Made by a program: the position numbers and the translations under genes | Assembly: GCA_963711565.1 (NCBI GenBank) | Contig: CAVQEQ010000002.1 | Span: 32,001 to 96,000 of the forward strand | From: an uncultured delta proteobacterium | GTDB lineage: Bacteria; Desulfobacterota; Binatia; Binatales; Binataceae | Reading direction: 5' to 3' | Length of the DNA: 64,000 bases | Shown: positions 29,039 through 38,925 of the stretch, piece by piece | Layout of the letters: each line of letters opens with the position of its first letter | Position numbering within the stretch: the stretch's first letter is position 1 | The notes under the pieces: model-generated | Database searches by the model: none | What the model saw: the letters and a program-made list of their open reading frames with translations, nothing else | Told to the model about the DNA's origin: nothing

Positions 29039-29488
29039 ATGGCGAACAAATACGTTACCGACGAAGCTCGCAAGCAAATCGGCAAGACCTCCGAGCCGCG
29101 CACTTACGACGTCGAGCGCGGCGCGATTCGCCGCTTTGCCGAGGCGATCGAAGATCGCAATCCGCTCTTCAACAGCGAGCGCGACGCGCGCCAGACGCGC
29201 TACGGCAGCATGATTGCGCCGCCGACGTTCTGCCGCTCGATGGGCGCGCCGATTCCCAACGTCAAGCTCGACATGCCGACGGCACGCGCCCTCGACGGCG
29301 GCTCGGACTGGGAATACTTCGTGCCGATTCGCCCCGGCGACCGTATCACGGTGCAGTCGAAGCTGGTCGACTTGCGCGAGGCCGCCGGCCGCCTCGGCCC
29401 GATGGTTTTCACCGTGGTCGAGACCACTTACACCAACCAGTTCGGCGAGGTCTGCGTCGTTCAACGCTCGACCGGAATCCGCTACTAG
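29039..29488 (+). CDS. MaoC-like dehydratase, N-terminal (HadA-type) subunit
   Basis: VERGAIRRFAEAIED.NP, IAPPTF, PIRPGD. Confidence 0.85.
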   Translation: MANKYVTDEARKQIGKTSEPRTYDVERGAIRRFAEAIEDRNPLFNSERDARQTRYGSMIAPPTFCRSMGAPIPNVKLDMPTARALDGGSDWEYFVPIRPGDRITVQSKLVDLREAAGRLGPMVFTVVETTYTNQFGEVCVVQRSTGIRY

Positions 29489-29500
29489 AGGATGCGCACG

Positions 29501-29941
29501 ATGGCCAAGCAAATTTATTTCGAAGACGTCGAAGTCGGCACTGAGATCGGCCCGCTCGAAAAAAATCCGACGACGCAGCAGCTCGTCAGGTACGCCGGCG
29601 CGTCGGGCGACTTCTATCAAATCCATTACGACAAGGATTTCGCGCTCGGCAACGGCCTGCCCGGCGTAATCTTGCACGGCGCGTTGAAGAACGCGTTCCT
29701 CGGCCACCTGATGACCGACTTCGCCGGCGAGCTCGGATGGCTGCGCAAACTCGGCGTGCAGTACCGCGGGATGGATCAGCCGGGGACCAAGGTCGTCGCG
29801 CGCGGCAAGGTCTCGAAGAAATACACCGACGGCGGCTACAACCTGGTCGATTGCGAAATCTGGCTCGAGAACGCGAAAGGCGAGAAGACGACCCCCGGCA
29901 CCGCCACCGTCATTCTGCCCTCGCGCGCCGCGAGTCGATGA
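29501..29941 (+). CDS. MaoC-like dehydratase, catalytic (HadB-type) subunit
   Basis: YAGASGDFYQIHYD...ILHG. Confidence 0.88.
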   Translation: MAKQIYFEDVEVGTEIGPLEKNPTTQQLVRYAGASGDFYQIHYDKDFALGNGLPGVILHGALKNAFLGHLMTDFAGELGWLRKLGVQYRGMDQPGTKVVARGKVSKKYTDGGYNLVDCEIWLENAKGEKTTPGTATVILPSRAASR

Positions 29942-29952
29942 GGTAACCCGCG

Positions 29953-30711
29953 ATGCCGATCCGGCGCGAATTTCCGCCGCGATCGCTGAACGCCGAGGCT
30001 CTCAACGAGGGCCGCGTCGATTCGCATTACACCAAGGTGCTGCTGCGCCTGCTCGCCGCGCACGCGATGGCCGAGAAGCTGACGGCGCTCGGCTACCAGC
30101 GCGCGCTCGCGACGCTCGACAATCCCGAGCTGCGCCCAATCGTCGAGAAAAATTTCGCCGAAGAAAAGAAACACGCGCGGCTCATCTACGACGCCCTTGA
30201 AGAACTCGGGATGTCGCAGCAGGCCGCCGACCGCTCGATGGTCGCCGTGCTCAAGGCGCCGTCGTTCGACGCGCCCAGTTACTTCGCCTCGAAGGCCGAA
30301 GGCGAGCTCGACCTGCTGATGGCGTCGCTCAGCCTCGACACCACCGGCCTAATCATGATCGGCGAGAACTACCGCGAGTCGAGCTACGTGCCGCATGCGC
30401 GCGCCGCCGAAATAATTCTCGACGAGGAAGCGGACCACGAAATTTTCGCCTCGCGGCAGCTCGGCGACGCGGTCGATCGCTTCGGCGTCAAGTCGGTCAA
30501 CACCGCACTCCGCCGATGGATCCCGCGCGCGGTGAACTTCTTCGGCCCGCCCGGCACCGGCTTCACCTACGACTGCATCCGCTACGGCCTGAAGTCCCGC
30601 GACAACGAAGAACTCGCCGAGTTATATGTCACGATGCTGTCTAGGCGGTGCGAACAGCTAGGCCTCGAGATGCCCGGGCTTACTGCAGCCTATCCCCACA
30701 CTCTCGCGTGA
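29953..30711 (+). CDS. Ferritin-like di-iron protein, PaaA/PaaC/BoxB-like
   Basis: EEKKH and EEADH (ExxH pair), SSYVP, FFGPP. Confidence 0.75.
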   Translation: MPIRREFPPRSLNAEALNEGRVDSHYTKVLLRLLAAHAMAEKLTALGYQRALATLDNPELRPIVEKNFAEEKKHARLIYDALEELGMSQQAADRSMVAVLKAPSFDAPSYFASKAEGELDLLMASLSLDTTGLIMIGENYRESSYVPHARAAEIILDEEADHEIFASRQLGDAVDRFGVKSVNTALRRWIPRAVNFFGPPGTGFTYDCIRYGLKSRDNEELAELYVTMLSRRCEQLGLEMPGLTAAYPHTLA

Positions 30712-30721
30712 CTCCTTCTTA

Positions 30722-30775
30722 CCTCGGCCGTTACACGGGAGAGGCGGCCGACCGCATCGCGGTCGGCGGTGAAGG
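30722..30775. repeat. REP-like double hairpin between convergent genes
   Basis: CCTCGGCCG..CGGGAGAGG followed by CCGACCGC-ATC-GCGGTCGG and GGTGAAGG; same architecture as 63167-63219. Confidence 0.5.
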
Positions 30776-30815
30776 TGCTGCGATCGGAGCAATGTGCGGG
30801 CAGTAAGAGGCCGTT

Positions 30816-31626
30816 TCAGGATCTTACTAGACCCCACTCGATTCGCGTCTGCACGTTGAACGTGAGCATCCCGTCGCGAGCGTAGCGGTTCAGGATCGCG
30901 ATCATCGCGGAGTCGAACTCCTGCGATGCCTTCTCACCCAGATGATCTTCGGACCACGTCGCGCGCGAGTGCTGGCAGCCGAGATAGTCGGCGATGCTCT
31001 GTGAGAACGCGACCGGCGCAGTGATGCGATGACCGAGCGGCTCGAATGCCGGATGCACCAGCAGCGGCTCGGCCAATCGTTCACGCATAGTCCTCCACCA
31101 ACCCCGGGGGCGTCCCTCGTGAGCTGCAAGAAAGTCGATCATGAAGGCCGTCTCTGCGCGCTCCCACGGCGGATCGACGGGAGCGTCGCCGTCGAGCAAG
31201 GCCAGCATCGCTCCGTCGGCCAACGCATCGGCAAAGCGCGGCAGAGTTCGCTCGAGATCCATCCAGTGAATACTCAACCCCGCAACTGTCAGCCCGTATG
31301 GCGGATCCAGTTGAGCCTCTTCTATGGTCGGAATGCATCCAACGGATCTTTGCGCTGTCAGCGCCGGGAAGACGGCGCGCCACTCGCAGCATCGCGTCCG
31401 ACGGATCGACGGCGTCCGCGCGATCGATCCGGTCGATCAGGCCGAGGGTGATTTTTCCGGGCCCGCATCCCGCATCGAGCAGGACTCGTGGTTGCCCTAG
31501 CAGCAACTCCAGCAGCACGTCGTACACTTCCGCCGGATGCGGCGGTCGAAGCAGATAGTTCTCCGCCATCCGCTCGGCGGAAAAGCGGCGCCCCAGCGCT
31601 CGGTACTTGGCGGCCTCGTCGCTCAC
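30816..31626 (-). CDS. Class I SAM-dependent methyltransferase, frameshifted near 31330
   Basis: LDAGCGPG in the upstream frame. Removing one C restores STIEEAQLDPPYGLTVAGLSIHWMD into the downstream frame. Confidence 0.8.
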
Positions 31627-31644
31627 AACTTATTTATCGCTTGA

Positions 31645-32982
31645 TCAGTCGGTGGCGTCGAGCGCTCGCAGAGCGAGGCCGCGCGCGACGGATGTGAACT
31701 CGTCGCCCATGCGGATTCGATCGGCGCCGAAGCGCTCGATGAAGATGCGCCGCACCGCGGGCACGAACGACGACCCTCCCGTCAGGAACACGCTGTCGAT
31801 AGCGTCGGGCCTCAGCGCGACCGTCTTCATCAGCCGATCGACGCATCCGGCGATCTGTTCGAGGTAGCGCGCGATCCAATTCTCGAAATCCGGGCGCACA
31901 ACTATCTTTTCGATCGAAACCGGCGGATCGGAAAACCGGAAGTCCGCCGCTTCCAGCGCGGACAACTCGAGCTTGGTCTTCTCGACCGCGCGAAACAGGA
32001 AGTAGCCGAGATCGTTTTCCACGATATGAATCAGCGCGGCGATCTTTTCGGGCTCGAACGACTCGCGCTTCAGTTCGTCGAACTTTAGCATCGTCGTGCG
32101 AGCCTTCAGGAACGACAGGTGATGCCATCGCTCCAGATTCGTGTACGGCCACGTCGGCGCCGGCAGCACCATCCCATACGGCGAGCGGTACTTCGTGCCG
32201 CGGCCGAGCGCGGGCGCGACCAGATGACGCATCACGCGGCCGTCGAAGAGATCGCCCGCGATGCCGACGCCATCGTTGCCGAGGATCTCGTAGCGCGCCG
32301 CGCCATGCTTCGCCGCCGCTCTCGGCTTCAGTTGCAGCACTGAGAAGTCGCTCGTGCCGCCGCCGAAGTCCGCAATCAGCACCGTCTCATCGCGCGTGAT
32401 TCGCAGCGCGTAGTCGTACGCCGCCGCCACCGGCTCGTACTCGAAGACCACGTCGGTCCATCCCGCGCGCCGAATCGCGATATCCAGCCGGCTGCGCGCG
32501 AGCGCCTCATCCGGATTGCCAGCGGCGGCGAAATGCACCGGACGGCCGACGACGATCCGCGGCGGCAACTCGCCAAACTGCGCAATCGCCGCGTCGCGGA
32601 GCGCGCTGATGATCGGCGCAATCAAATCGCCCAGCGTGTACGTCTCGCCCATGATGTCGGTCGATTCAAACGTCTTGTCCGCGAGGAACGACTTGAGCGA
32701 TTGCACGAGGCGCCCGTTGCCGGCGGCCGCGAGGTAGCGCCGAATCGCGTCGTTGCCGATCGAGACCGCGGAATCGGTGCCGCCGGTTTCTTCGACGCCC
32801 TCGAAAAAGAGAATCGAGCGGAACGTCTCGGACACATCGCCGCTCTCGGCGGCGGGAAACCGCGCCAGACGCGGCGAGCCGTCGGCGCCGACGATCGCGA
32901 TTGCGCTGTTGGTGGTGCCGAAATCGAGACCGACCGCCTCTACTTTTGCCGTGGCGGGAGCGCTGGAGATTTCCTGCATCAT
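31645..32982 (-). CDS. Hsp70-family protein (YegD-like)
   Basis: GLDFGTTNS, GRPVHF, EPVAAA, DFGGGTSDF, LTGGSS. Confidence 0.9.
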   Translation of the reverse strand: MMQEISSAPATAKVEAVGLDFGTTNSAIAIVGADGSPRLARFPAAESGDVSETFRSILFFEGVEETGGTDSAVSIGNDAIRRYLAAAGNGRLVQSLKSFLADKTFESTDIMGETYTLGDLIAPIISALRDAAIAQFGELPPRIVVGRPVHFAAAGNPDEALARSRLDIAIRRAGWTDVVFEYEPVAAAYDYALRITRDETVLIADFGGGTSDFSVLQLKPRAAAKHGAARYEILGNDGVGIAGDLFDGRVMRHLVAPALGRGTKYRSPYGMVLPAPTWPYTNLERWHHLSFLKARTTMLKFDELKRESFEPEKIAALIHIVENDLGYFLFRAVEKTKLELSALEAADFRFSDPPVSIEKIVVRPDFENWIARYLEQIAGCVDRLMKTVALRPDAIDSVFLTGGSSFVPAVRRIFIERFGADRIRMGDEFTSVARGLALRALDATD

Positions 32983-33166
32983 GGGTCTCACGATTAAGGC
33001 GCGTCGAACTCTTGTCAACGTTGAGCATCGCGCATATACTCGCCAAACCCTCAGGATGCGGATCGCGATGCGATTCGCATCCGCCAGAGAACGGTTTCCT
33101 AGCGGACGAGTTTTGCTCGTCCGCACTTTTTTTGAGAGCGCATCGCCAGCGCGCAGGAGGGAGAGC

Positions 33167-33964
33167 ATGCCGCCGGAAATCCCGGAGTCCGAAGTCGCAG
33201 CGGAGTGGGATCGCAATGCCGCGGTGTGGGCCGAGCAGGTGCGCAACCGTTGGGACACTTTTCGCGAGCATTGGAACAATCCCGCATTCGTCGAATTCGT
33301 CGGCGACATCAGCGGCAAGAACGTGCTTGATACGGGATGCGGCGAAGGCTACAACACGCGGATGTTCGCGCGCCGCGGCGCTCGCATGACGGGAGCGGAC
33401 TTGTCGGCGAAGATGATCCAGTTCGCGCGCGAAGCAGAACTGTGCGAACCGCTGGGAATCCACTACGAACGCGCGTCGTACAGCAATCTGACGCCCTTCT
33501 CCGCGGGATCATTCGACGCGGTCATCTCGACGATGGCGCTGATGGACGGCCCTGACTTTCCCGGCGCGATGCGCGAAATCGCACGCGTGCTGCGCCCGGG
33601 CGGGACGCTCGCGTACAGCATCCTGCATCCGTGTTTCGCGACCAAAGGGATGGGCTGGATTAGGGACGAATCGGGACGCGCCGTAAAATTCACCGTCGCG
33701 GATTATTTCAACAGCGAACCGTTTGTCGAGCACTGGAAGTTCGGTCATGCGCCCAACGCGTCGGAGGTCGAGGCTTTCGGCGTGCCGCGTTTCGATCGGA
33801 CACTTGCTGACTATATCAATCCGACCATCGCGGCCGGTCTGCGCCTCGAGAAGATTTGCGAGCCGCGCGCGCCCGAGTCCGCATGCGCGCTGTATCCGGA
33901 GTCGTTTCGCAGATATCGCGATCACATTCCCTGGTTCCTCTACCTGCGCGCGTCGAAGCCGTGA
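33167..33964 (+). CDS. Class I SAM-dependent methyltransferase
   Basis: VLDTGCGEG, RVLRPGG. Confidence 0.9.
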   Translation: MPPEIPESEVAAEWDRNAAVWAEQVRNRWDTFREHWNNPAFVEFVGDISGKNVLDTGCGEGYNTRMFARRGARMTGADLSAKMIQFAREAELCEPLGIHYERASYSNLTPFSAGSFDAVISTMALMDGPDFPGAMREIARVLRPGGTLAYSILHPCFATKGMGWIRDESGRAVKFTVADYFNSEPFVEHWKFGHAPNASEVEAFGVPRFDRTLADYINPTIAAGLRLEKICEPRAPESACALYPESFRRYRDHIPWFLYLRASKP

Positions 33965-34395
33965 GCAAGAGTGTGATCCGCACCTCGACCGGAATTTTTG
34001 CAGCTGCAATTTGCGTGATACTCGCCGGATGCGGCGTGCAGGGCGAAGCGTACCAGCCGCGGGTAACTCCAGCGTCGCAGAGCCTCGTCTACATCTATCG
34101 GCCGTATGAATTTCTCACGTCGCAATCGACGCCGATGATCACCTGCGGGCATGAGAGTATCGAATTGGAGCCGGGCGGCTTTGACGAGTTCGTCGAGGAC
34201 AGCGGAACGGTGACTTGCGGGGTCGCGGGCGACACGACGACACTCAAGTTTGATGCGCGCGCGGGCGAGAAATACTTTATCAAGCAGTATGTTGACTCCA
34301 GCGGGCTCAGCACTCACGTGCGATTGATCTTGATGGATGCCGATGTGAGCGCCGACGAAATACGGGAGTGCCGCCGGCAGGGAATCAAGGATTGA
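33961..34395 (+). CDS. Lipoprotein (DUF2846-like)
   Basis: Lipobox LAGC; VYIYRP. Confidence 0.65.
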   Translation: MSKSVIRTSTGIFAAAICVILAGCGVQGEAYQPRVTPASQSLVYIYRPYEFLTSQSTPMITCGHESIELEPGGFDEFVEDSGTVTCGVAGDTTTLKFDARAGEKYFIKQYVDSSGLSTHVRLILMDADVSADEIRECRRQGIKD

Positions 34396-34400
34396 ATCAA

Positions 34401-35318
34401 ATGCCGCGAATCGTAACCCTGCTGCCGAGCGCGACGGAGATCGTTTGCGCGCTCGGCTTCGAAGATCAATTGGTCGGCCGCTCGCACGAATGCGACTTCC
34501 CGCGCTCGGTCGTGCGGGTTCCCGCATTGACGGAACCGAAATTCAATCCCGAAGGGACCAGCGCCGAGATCGACCAGCGCGTGAAGAAGATCGTCGGCGA
34601 CGCGCTCTCGGTTTATCGCGTCGATGCGGCGATGCTGCGCGAACTTCGGCCGGACGTAATCGTCACTCAATCGCAGTGCGAAGTGTGCGCCGTCAGCGAG
34701 CGCGACGTCGAAGCCGCGGTGGCCGAATGGCTCGGCGCGGGGCCAAAGATCGTGTCGCTCGCGCCGTATGGCCTCGACAACATCTTTACCGACATGCAGC
34801 GGGTGGCTGATGCACTCGACGCGCATACGCGCGGGACGGAACTGGTCGAGCTGCTGCGCTCGCGGCTCGGCAAGATTGCGGACAAGGCGCGCGGCGCCTC
34901 GGTGCGGCCGAGCGTCGCGACGATCGAATGGATCGATCCGCTGATGGCGGCGGGAAACTGGATGCCGACGCTGGTCGAGATGGCGGGCGCAACAAATCTG
35001 TTTGGCAAAGCGGGCGAGCATTCGCCTTGGATGAAGTTCGACGAGCTGGCCGCGAAAGATCCCGATGTGATCCTGATTTCGCCGTGCGGCTTCAACATGG
35101 ATCGCGCGGCGGAGGACCTGCCCGCGCTTACGAATCGTGCGGAGTGGAGCGGCCTGAAGGCGGTGCGCGCGGGGCGCGTCTTCATGGCCGACGGCAACCA
35201 GTATTTCAACCGGCCCGGTCCGCGAATCGCGGAGTCGCTGGAAATTCTCGCCGAGATCGCGCATCCCGAGCTTTTCCATTTCGGCTACGAAGGTGCGGGC
35301 TGGCGGCGATTGCGGTAG
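34401..35318 (+). CDS. BtuF-like periplasmic-binding-protein family member (no signal peptide)
   Basis: RIVTLLPSATEIV.ALG, GRSHECDFP, QCEVCAV, YFNRPGPR. Confidence 0.85.
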   Translation: MPRIVTLLPSATEIVCALGFEDQLVGRSHECDFPRSVVRVPALTEPKFNPEGTSAEIDQRVKKIVGDALSVYRVDAAMLRELRPDVIVTQSQCEVCAVSERDVEAAVAEWLGAGPKIVSLAPYGLDNIFTDMQRVADALDAHTRGTELVELLRSRLGKIADKARGASVRPSVATIEWIDPLMAAGNWMPTLVEMAGATNLFGKAGEHSPWMKFDELAAKDPDVILISPCGFNMDRAAEDLPALTNRAEWSGLKAVRAGRVFMADGNQYFNRPGPRIAESLEILAEIAHPELFHFGYEGAGWRRLR

Positions 35319-35321
35319 AGC

Positions 35322-36236
35322 CTATTTCTTCGCGAGATACGCCATCCCGACCCGGGCCGGCGTGAGATTTATTCCGAACTCATCGACCAGCGCATTGATG
35401 TCGCACGCGTTGTCGGCGGTGACGAACGTGACCGCGTCGCGCGACAGCAAGGGCTTGGGCAGTTTTTCGAGCAAACCGCCAACGCCGCGCATGACAGTTT
35501 CCGGAATATGAAACAGCGGGCGGCGATGTCCGCTCGCGTCCATGATGATCCGCATCATCTCGTCGAACGTCATCAGGTCGGGCCCGCCGATATCGTAAGT
35601 TCCGTTGCGGCCGCGCCCCGACACCGCGAGCATCACGCACGCGGCCAAATCATCAACGAGCACCGGTTGAACTTTCTGCCGCCCGGTGCCGGGCACGCCA
35701 AAGACCGGCGCGAAACGGATCGCTCGCGCGAGACCGTTCACAACTTTGTCCTCCGGCCCGTACACCAGCGACGGACGGAAGATCGTGTACGTGAGGCCCG
35801 ACTCGCGGATCGCACGCTCGGCGCGGCCCTTGGTGCGGAACGCCGGATGCGTGCTGTTCTCGTCGGCCGCGGCGCCGCTGATGTAGATGAATTGCTGCGC
35901 GCCGGCCTGCTTCGCGGCTTCGAGAAGTGCAACTGTGCCGCCGTAGTTGACGCGCTCGAAGGTGAGGCCGCGGCGCGGATTTTCGACGGGATAGCCGTCG
36001 AACTGGATCGCATCGACGATCGTGTTTGCGCCCTTGAGTGCGTCCGCGAGCGACGCGGGCTGCATGATATCTGCTTGAACGAAATCGACGCCGGTTAAGT
36101 CGAGCCGCGCGCGCGCCGTTCCAGGATTGCGGGTGAGCACGCGCAGCTTGACACCGCCGGCCGCGAGCAGCCGCCGCGCGATTGCGCGACCGATAAATCC
36201 TGAGCCGCCGGCGAGCGCGACGATTTTTGCGTCCAT
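35322..36236 (-). CDS. NAD-dependent epimerase / NDUFA9-like SDR
   Basis: AGGSGFIG, FRPSLVYG, QPVLVDD. Confidence 0.85.
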   Translation of the reverse strand: MDAKIVALAGGSGFIGRAIARRLLAAGGVKLRVLTRNPGTARARLDLTGVDFVQADIMQPASLADALKGANTIVDAIQFDGYPVENPRRGLTFERVNYGGTVALLEAAKQAGAQQFIYISGAAADENSTHPAFRTKGRAERAIRESGLTYTIFRPSLVYGPEDKVVNGLARAIRFAPVFGVPGTGRQKVQPVLVDDLAACVMLAVSGRGRNGTYDIGGPDLMTFDEMMRIIMDASGHRRPLFHIPETVMRGVGGLLEKLPKPLLSRDAVTFVTADNACDINALVDEFGINLTPARVGMAYLAKK

Positions 36237-36242
36237 GACGGA

Positions 36243-37232
36243 CTAGTGTTGCTTGCGATGCGGTCGATGAGTGACGGAGCGCGGCGTTCGGCGACGGCGG
36301 ACACGCTTCAACGGATGCAGTTTCCCGGTCGAGGCTGGTTTCTCCGCGGGCGACGCGTTGACGAGCGGCGTCAGCGAGAAGCGCGATACTTCAGGCGGGC
36401 AGTTGATGCGAATTCTCAGCCAGAACGTGCCGAGGCCGCGATTGGTGTAGATGTAAAAATCTTCGTAGCGATTCAGGCCCGAGTAAAATTCCTTGCCGAT
36501 GCGCAGGATCGATTTGAGCGGCGATCCGTAGAACGGAATTCGCACGACGCCGCCGTGCGTGTGGCCCGAGAGCATCACGCCCGGCCGCAGATGACGCGTG
36601 TATAGCGCGGTGTCGGGATTGTGCGCGAGGACGATCGTGCAGTCGTCGCTGTTGACATCGCCGAACGCGCGCGCAGGCTCGGCCCGCCGCGACCATAGAT
36701 CGTCGATGCCGACGACCATCAGTTTTTCGTTGCGGATGAAGAGCCGACGGCTGTCGTTGGCGAGCACGTCGGCGCCGGAGCGCTTGAGCGCCTCGGTGAT
36801 CCGCTCGGCCGACGACCAGTGATCGTGATTGCCGAGGATCGCAAACAGGCCTGACCTGGGACGCAAGTGTTTCAACGCGTCGCGAAACGCGCCGAGATAG
36901 CGATGCATCGTGTCGGGGCCGGAAAAATAATCGCCGGTGAGAAAAATGAGATCGGGATTCTGCTGATTGATCGCTTCGACCGCCAGCGCCAGCCGTTCGA
37001 GGTCCTCGTCGCGATCGACGTGGAAGTCGCTTATCTGGCATGCGACGAGTCCGCGCAGAGCGTCGGGCAATCCGCGCACCGGCAGGTCCAGGGCAGACAC
37101 CTGAATTTCATCGATCGTCTTCCGCCACATGCGATGCAACGGGCGCAGCGCCAGCGGGGGTTTCCCCTTGGCGCGGCCGGCAACAGCGGGCTGATGCGGC
37201 GGCAAGTCGGCTATCAATTCGGCGGTGGACAT
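36243..37232 (-). CDS. Metallophosphoesterase (YkuE-like)
   Basis: SDFH, TGD, GNHD, HNPD, GHTHGG. Confidence 0.9.
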   Translation of the reverse strand: MSTAELIADLPPHQPAVAGRAKGKPPLALRPLHRMWRKTIDEIQVSALDLPVRGLPDALRGLVACQISDFHVDRDEDLERLALAVEAINQQNPDLIFLTGDYFSGPDTMHRYLGAFRDALKHLRPRSGLFAILGNHDHWSSAERITEALKRSGADVLANDSRRLFIRNEKLMVVGIDDLWSRRAEPARAFGDVNSDDCTIVLAHNPDTALYTRHLRPGVMLSGHTHGGVVRIPFYGSPLKSILRIGKEFYSGLNRYEDFYIYTNRGLGTFWLRIRINCPPEVSRFSLTPLVNASPAEKPASTGKLHPLKRVRRRRTPRSVTHRPHRKQH

Positions 37233-37245
37233 CGGATCATCGATA

Positions 37246-37950
37246 CTAGAATACTTCGAGCAGGCGGCGAAAGGTGGTCAATTCGATAATCCTGTCGCCG
37301 GCTTCATTGATCTCTTCGTGCTCGAGTTCCCAGGTATGCGGATGCGGAATGAAAACGGCGCGCAGACCCGCGGCCACCGCGGGATTAATGTCCGAGCGCG
37401 GACTGTTCCCGATCATAAACGTCAGCGACGGATCGAGGCCGGCGTCGCGCACGAGGCGCCGATACGCGTCGATGTCCTTCTCGCGCGGCGTCTCGACGCG
37501 ATCGAATAGCGGAGCCAGCCCGGAACGCGCGAGCTTCTGCAACTGTTCGTCGCGCTGGCCCTTAGTGAACATCAATAGCCGGTGACGCTGCGACAGTTCC
37601 TGCAACGTGGGCTCGACGTCGGGCAGCAGCGCGCATTCGCGCTCGAGCAGATGCGCACCGATTCGCTCGATCTCGTCGCGCAAGCCTTCGTGACCCGCGG
37701 GCGCGAGTTCATCAGCCGCCTGATGGAGTGCTCTAATGTAAGGACGGCGGCCGTAACCGTGAGATTTAATGAGCATGATTTCGGCGCGTCGCACCGCGGC
37801 GTGAATCTCGATGCGCGACAGACCGAGCCCCGCGTCGCCGACCGCCGCGGCGAAGTTATCGAACGCCTCGAGAAAATGAATATTGGAATCCCACAGCGTA
37901 TCGTCGGCGTCGAAAATGAGATTTAGAGACTCAGTCGCGGAAGAGAACAT
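37246..37950 (-). CDS. HAD-family hydrolase
   Basis: FDADDTLW, TKG, MIGNSPRSDI. Confidence 0.9.
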   Translation of the reverse strand: MFSSATESLNLIFDADDTLWDSNIHFLEAFDNFAAAVGDAGLGLSRIEIHAAVRRAEIMLIKSHGYGRRPYIRALHQAADELAPAGHEGLRDEIERIGAHLLERECALLPDVEPTLQELSQRHRLLMFTKGQRDEQLQKLARSGLAPLFDRVETPREKDIDAYRRLVRDAGLDPSLTFMIGNSPRSDINPAVAAGLRAVFIPHPHTWELEHEEINEAGDRIIELTTFRRLLEVF

Positions 37951-38012
37951 CTGTCTAGAGGATACAGGCGTGTGCCGACGCGGGAAAGCGAGGGGGAAAT
38001 CACTTTATTAAA

Positions 38013-38076
38013 TCTGAACCCCACGGTGGGTTTCAGACTTCCCTCGGCAGGGGTGACCCCTGCACCCGGTATTAAG
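38013..38076 (+). repeat. Dispersed two-hairpin intergenic repeat, copy 1
   Basis: TGAACCCCACGGTGGGTTTCA + CTTCCC + GCAGGGGTGACCCCTGC. Confidence 0.85.
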
Positions 38077-38109
38077 ATAAGAAGAAGAAGTTTTATCGGC
38101 GCGGGTGGG

Positions 38110-38925
38110 TCATGCGCGGGAATTGGGAAGTGCGGCGGGCAGGACGATCAGCGCGCCGGTCGAGGGATTGCGGCCGACGTAGACCTCGGTCTCGTAGACG
38201 CGGCGCAGATTCTCGGCCGTCAAAACTTCGGCGGGAGTTCCGTACGCGATCGCGACGCCGTCCGCGAGCAGCAGCACACGATCGGCATACAGCGCGGCCG
38301 CGTTGAGGTCGTGAAGCGTCGCGACCACGGCCATGCCGCGCTCGGCGCACAGCTCGCGAAAGCGCGCAAAGATTTCCGCCACGTGCTTGAGATCGAGGAA
38401 CGCGGTCGGCTCGTCGAGCAATGCAACCTTCGGCTCCTGCGCGAGCGCGCGGGCTAGGAACACGCGCTTGCGCTCGCCGCCCGAGAGTTCCTGCACGTGA
38501 CGCGCGGCGAGATCGCGCAGATCGAAGCGCTCGAGCGCGGCCGACGCGATCTCCAAATCGTGCGGGCTCTCGAAGCGGAAAGCGCCGAGATGCGGCGCGC
38601 GCCCCATCAGCACGATCTCCAGCACCGTGAAGCGGAACGCGACCGCGTTTTCCTGGCCGACCGACGCGACCGTGCGCGCGAACTCGCGGCGCTCGATCCA
38701 ATCGAGCGCGCGGCCGAACAATTCGACGCTGCCCGCGTCCGGCTTGATCGATCTGCCAAGTACTTTGAGCAGCGTGGACTTGCCCGCGCCGTTCGGACCG
38801 ACGATAGCGAGCATTTCACCGGCCGCGACTTCGATCGACACGCCATGCAGCACGGGCACGCCGGGGTATCCCGCATGAATCGCGCTCGCACGCATTGCGA
38901 CTGTTTCGCGCGACGCCGGCGTCAT
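38110..38925 (-). CDS. Cobalamin/Fe-siderophore ABC transporter ATPase
   Basis: GPNGAGKST, LSGGE, LLDEPT, LHDLN. Confidence 0.92.
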   Translation of the reverse strand: MTPASRETVAMRASAIHAGYPGVPVLHGVSIEVAAGEMLAIVGPNGAGKSTLLKVLGRSIKPDAGSVELFGRALDWIERREFARTVASVGQENAVAFRFTVLEIVLMGRAPHLGAFRFESPHDLEIASAALERFDLRDLAARHVQELSGGERKRVFLARALAQEPKVALLDEPTAFLDLKHVAEIFARFRELCAERGMAVVATLHDLNAAALYADRVLLLADGVAIAYGTPAEVLTAENLRRVYETEVYVGRNPSTGALIVLPAALPNSRA

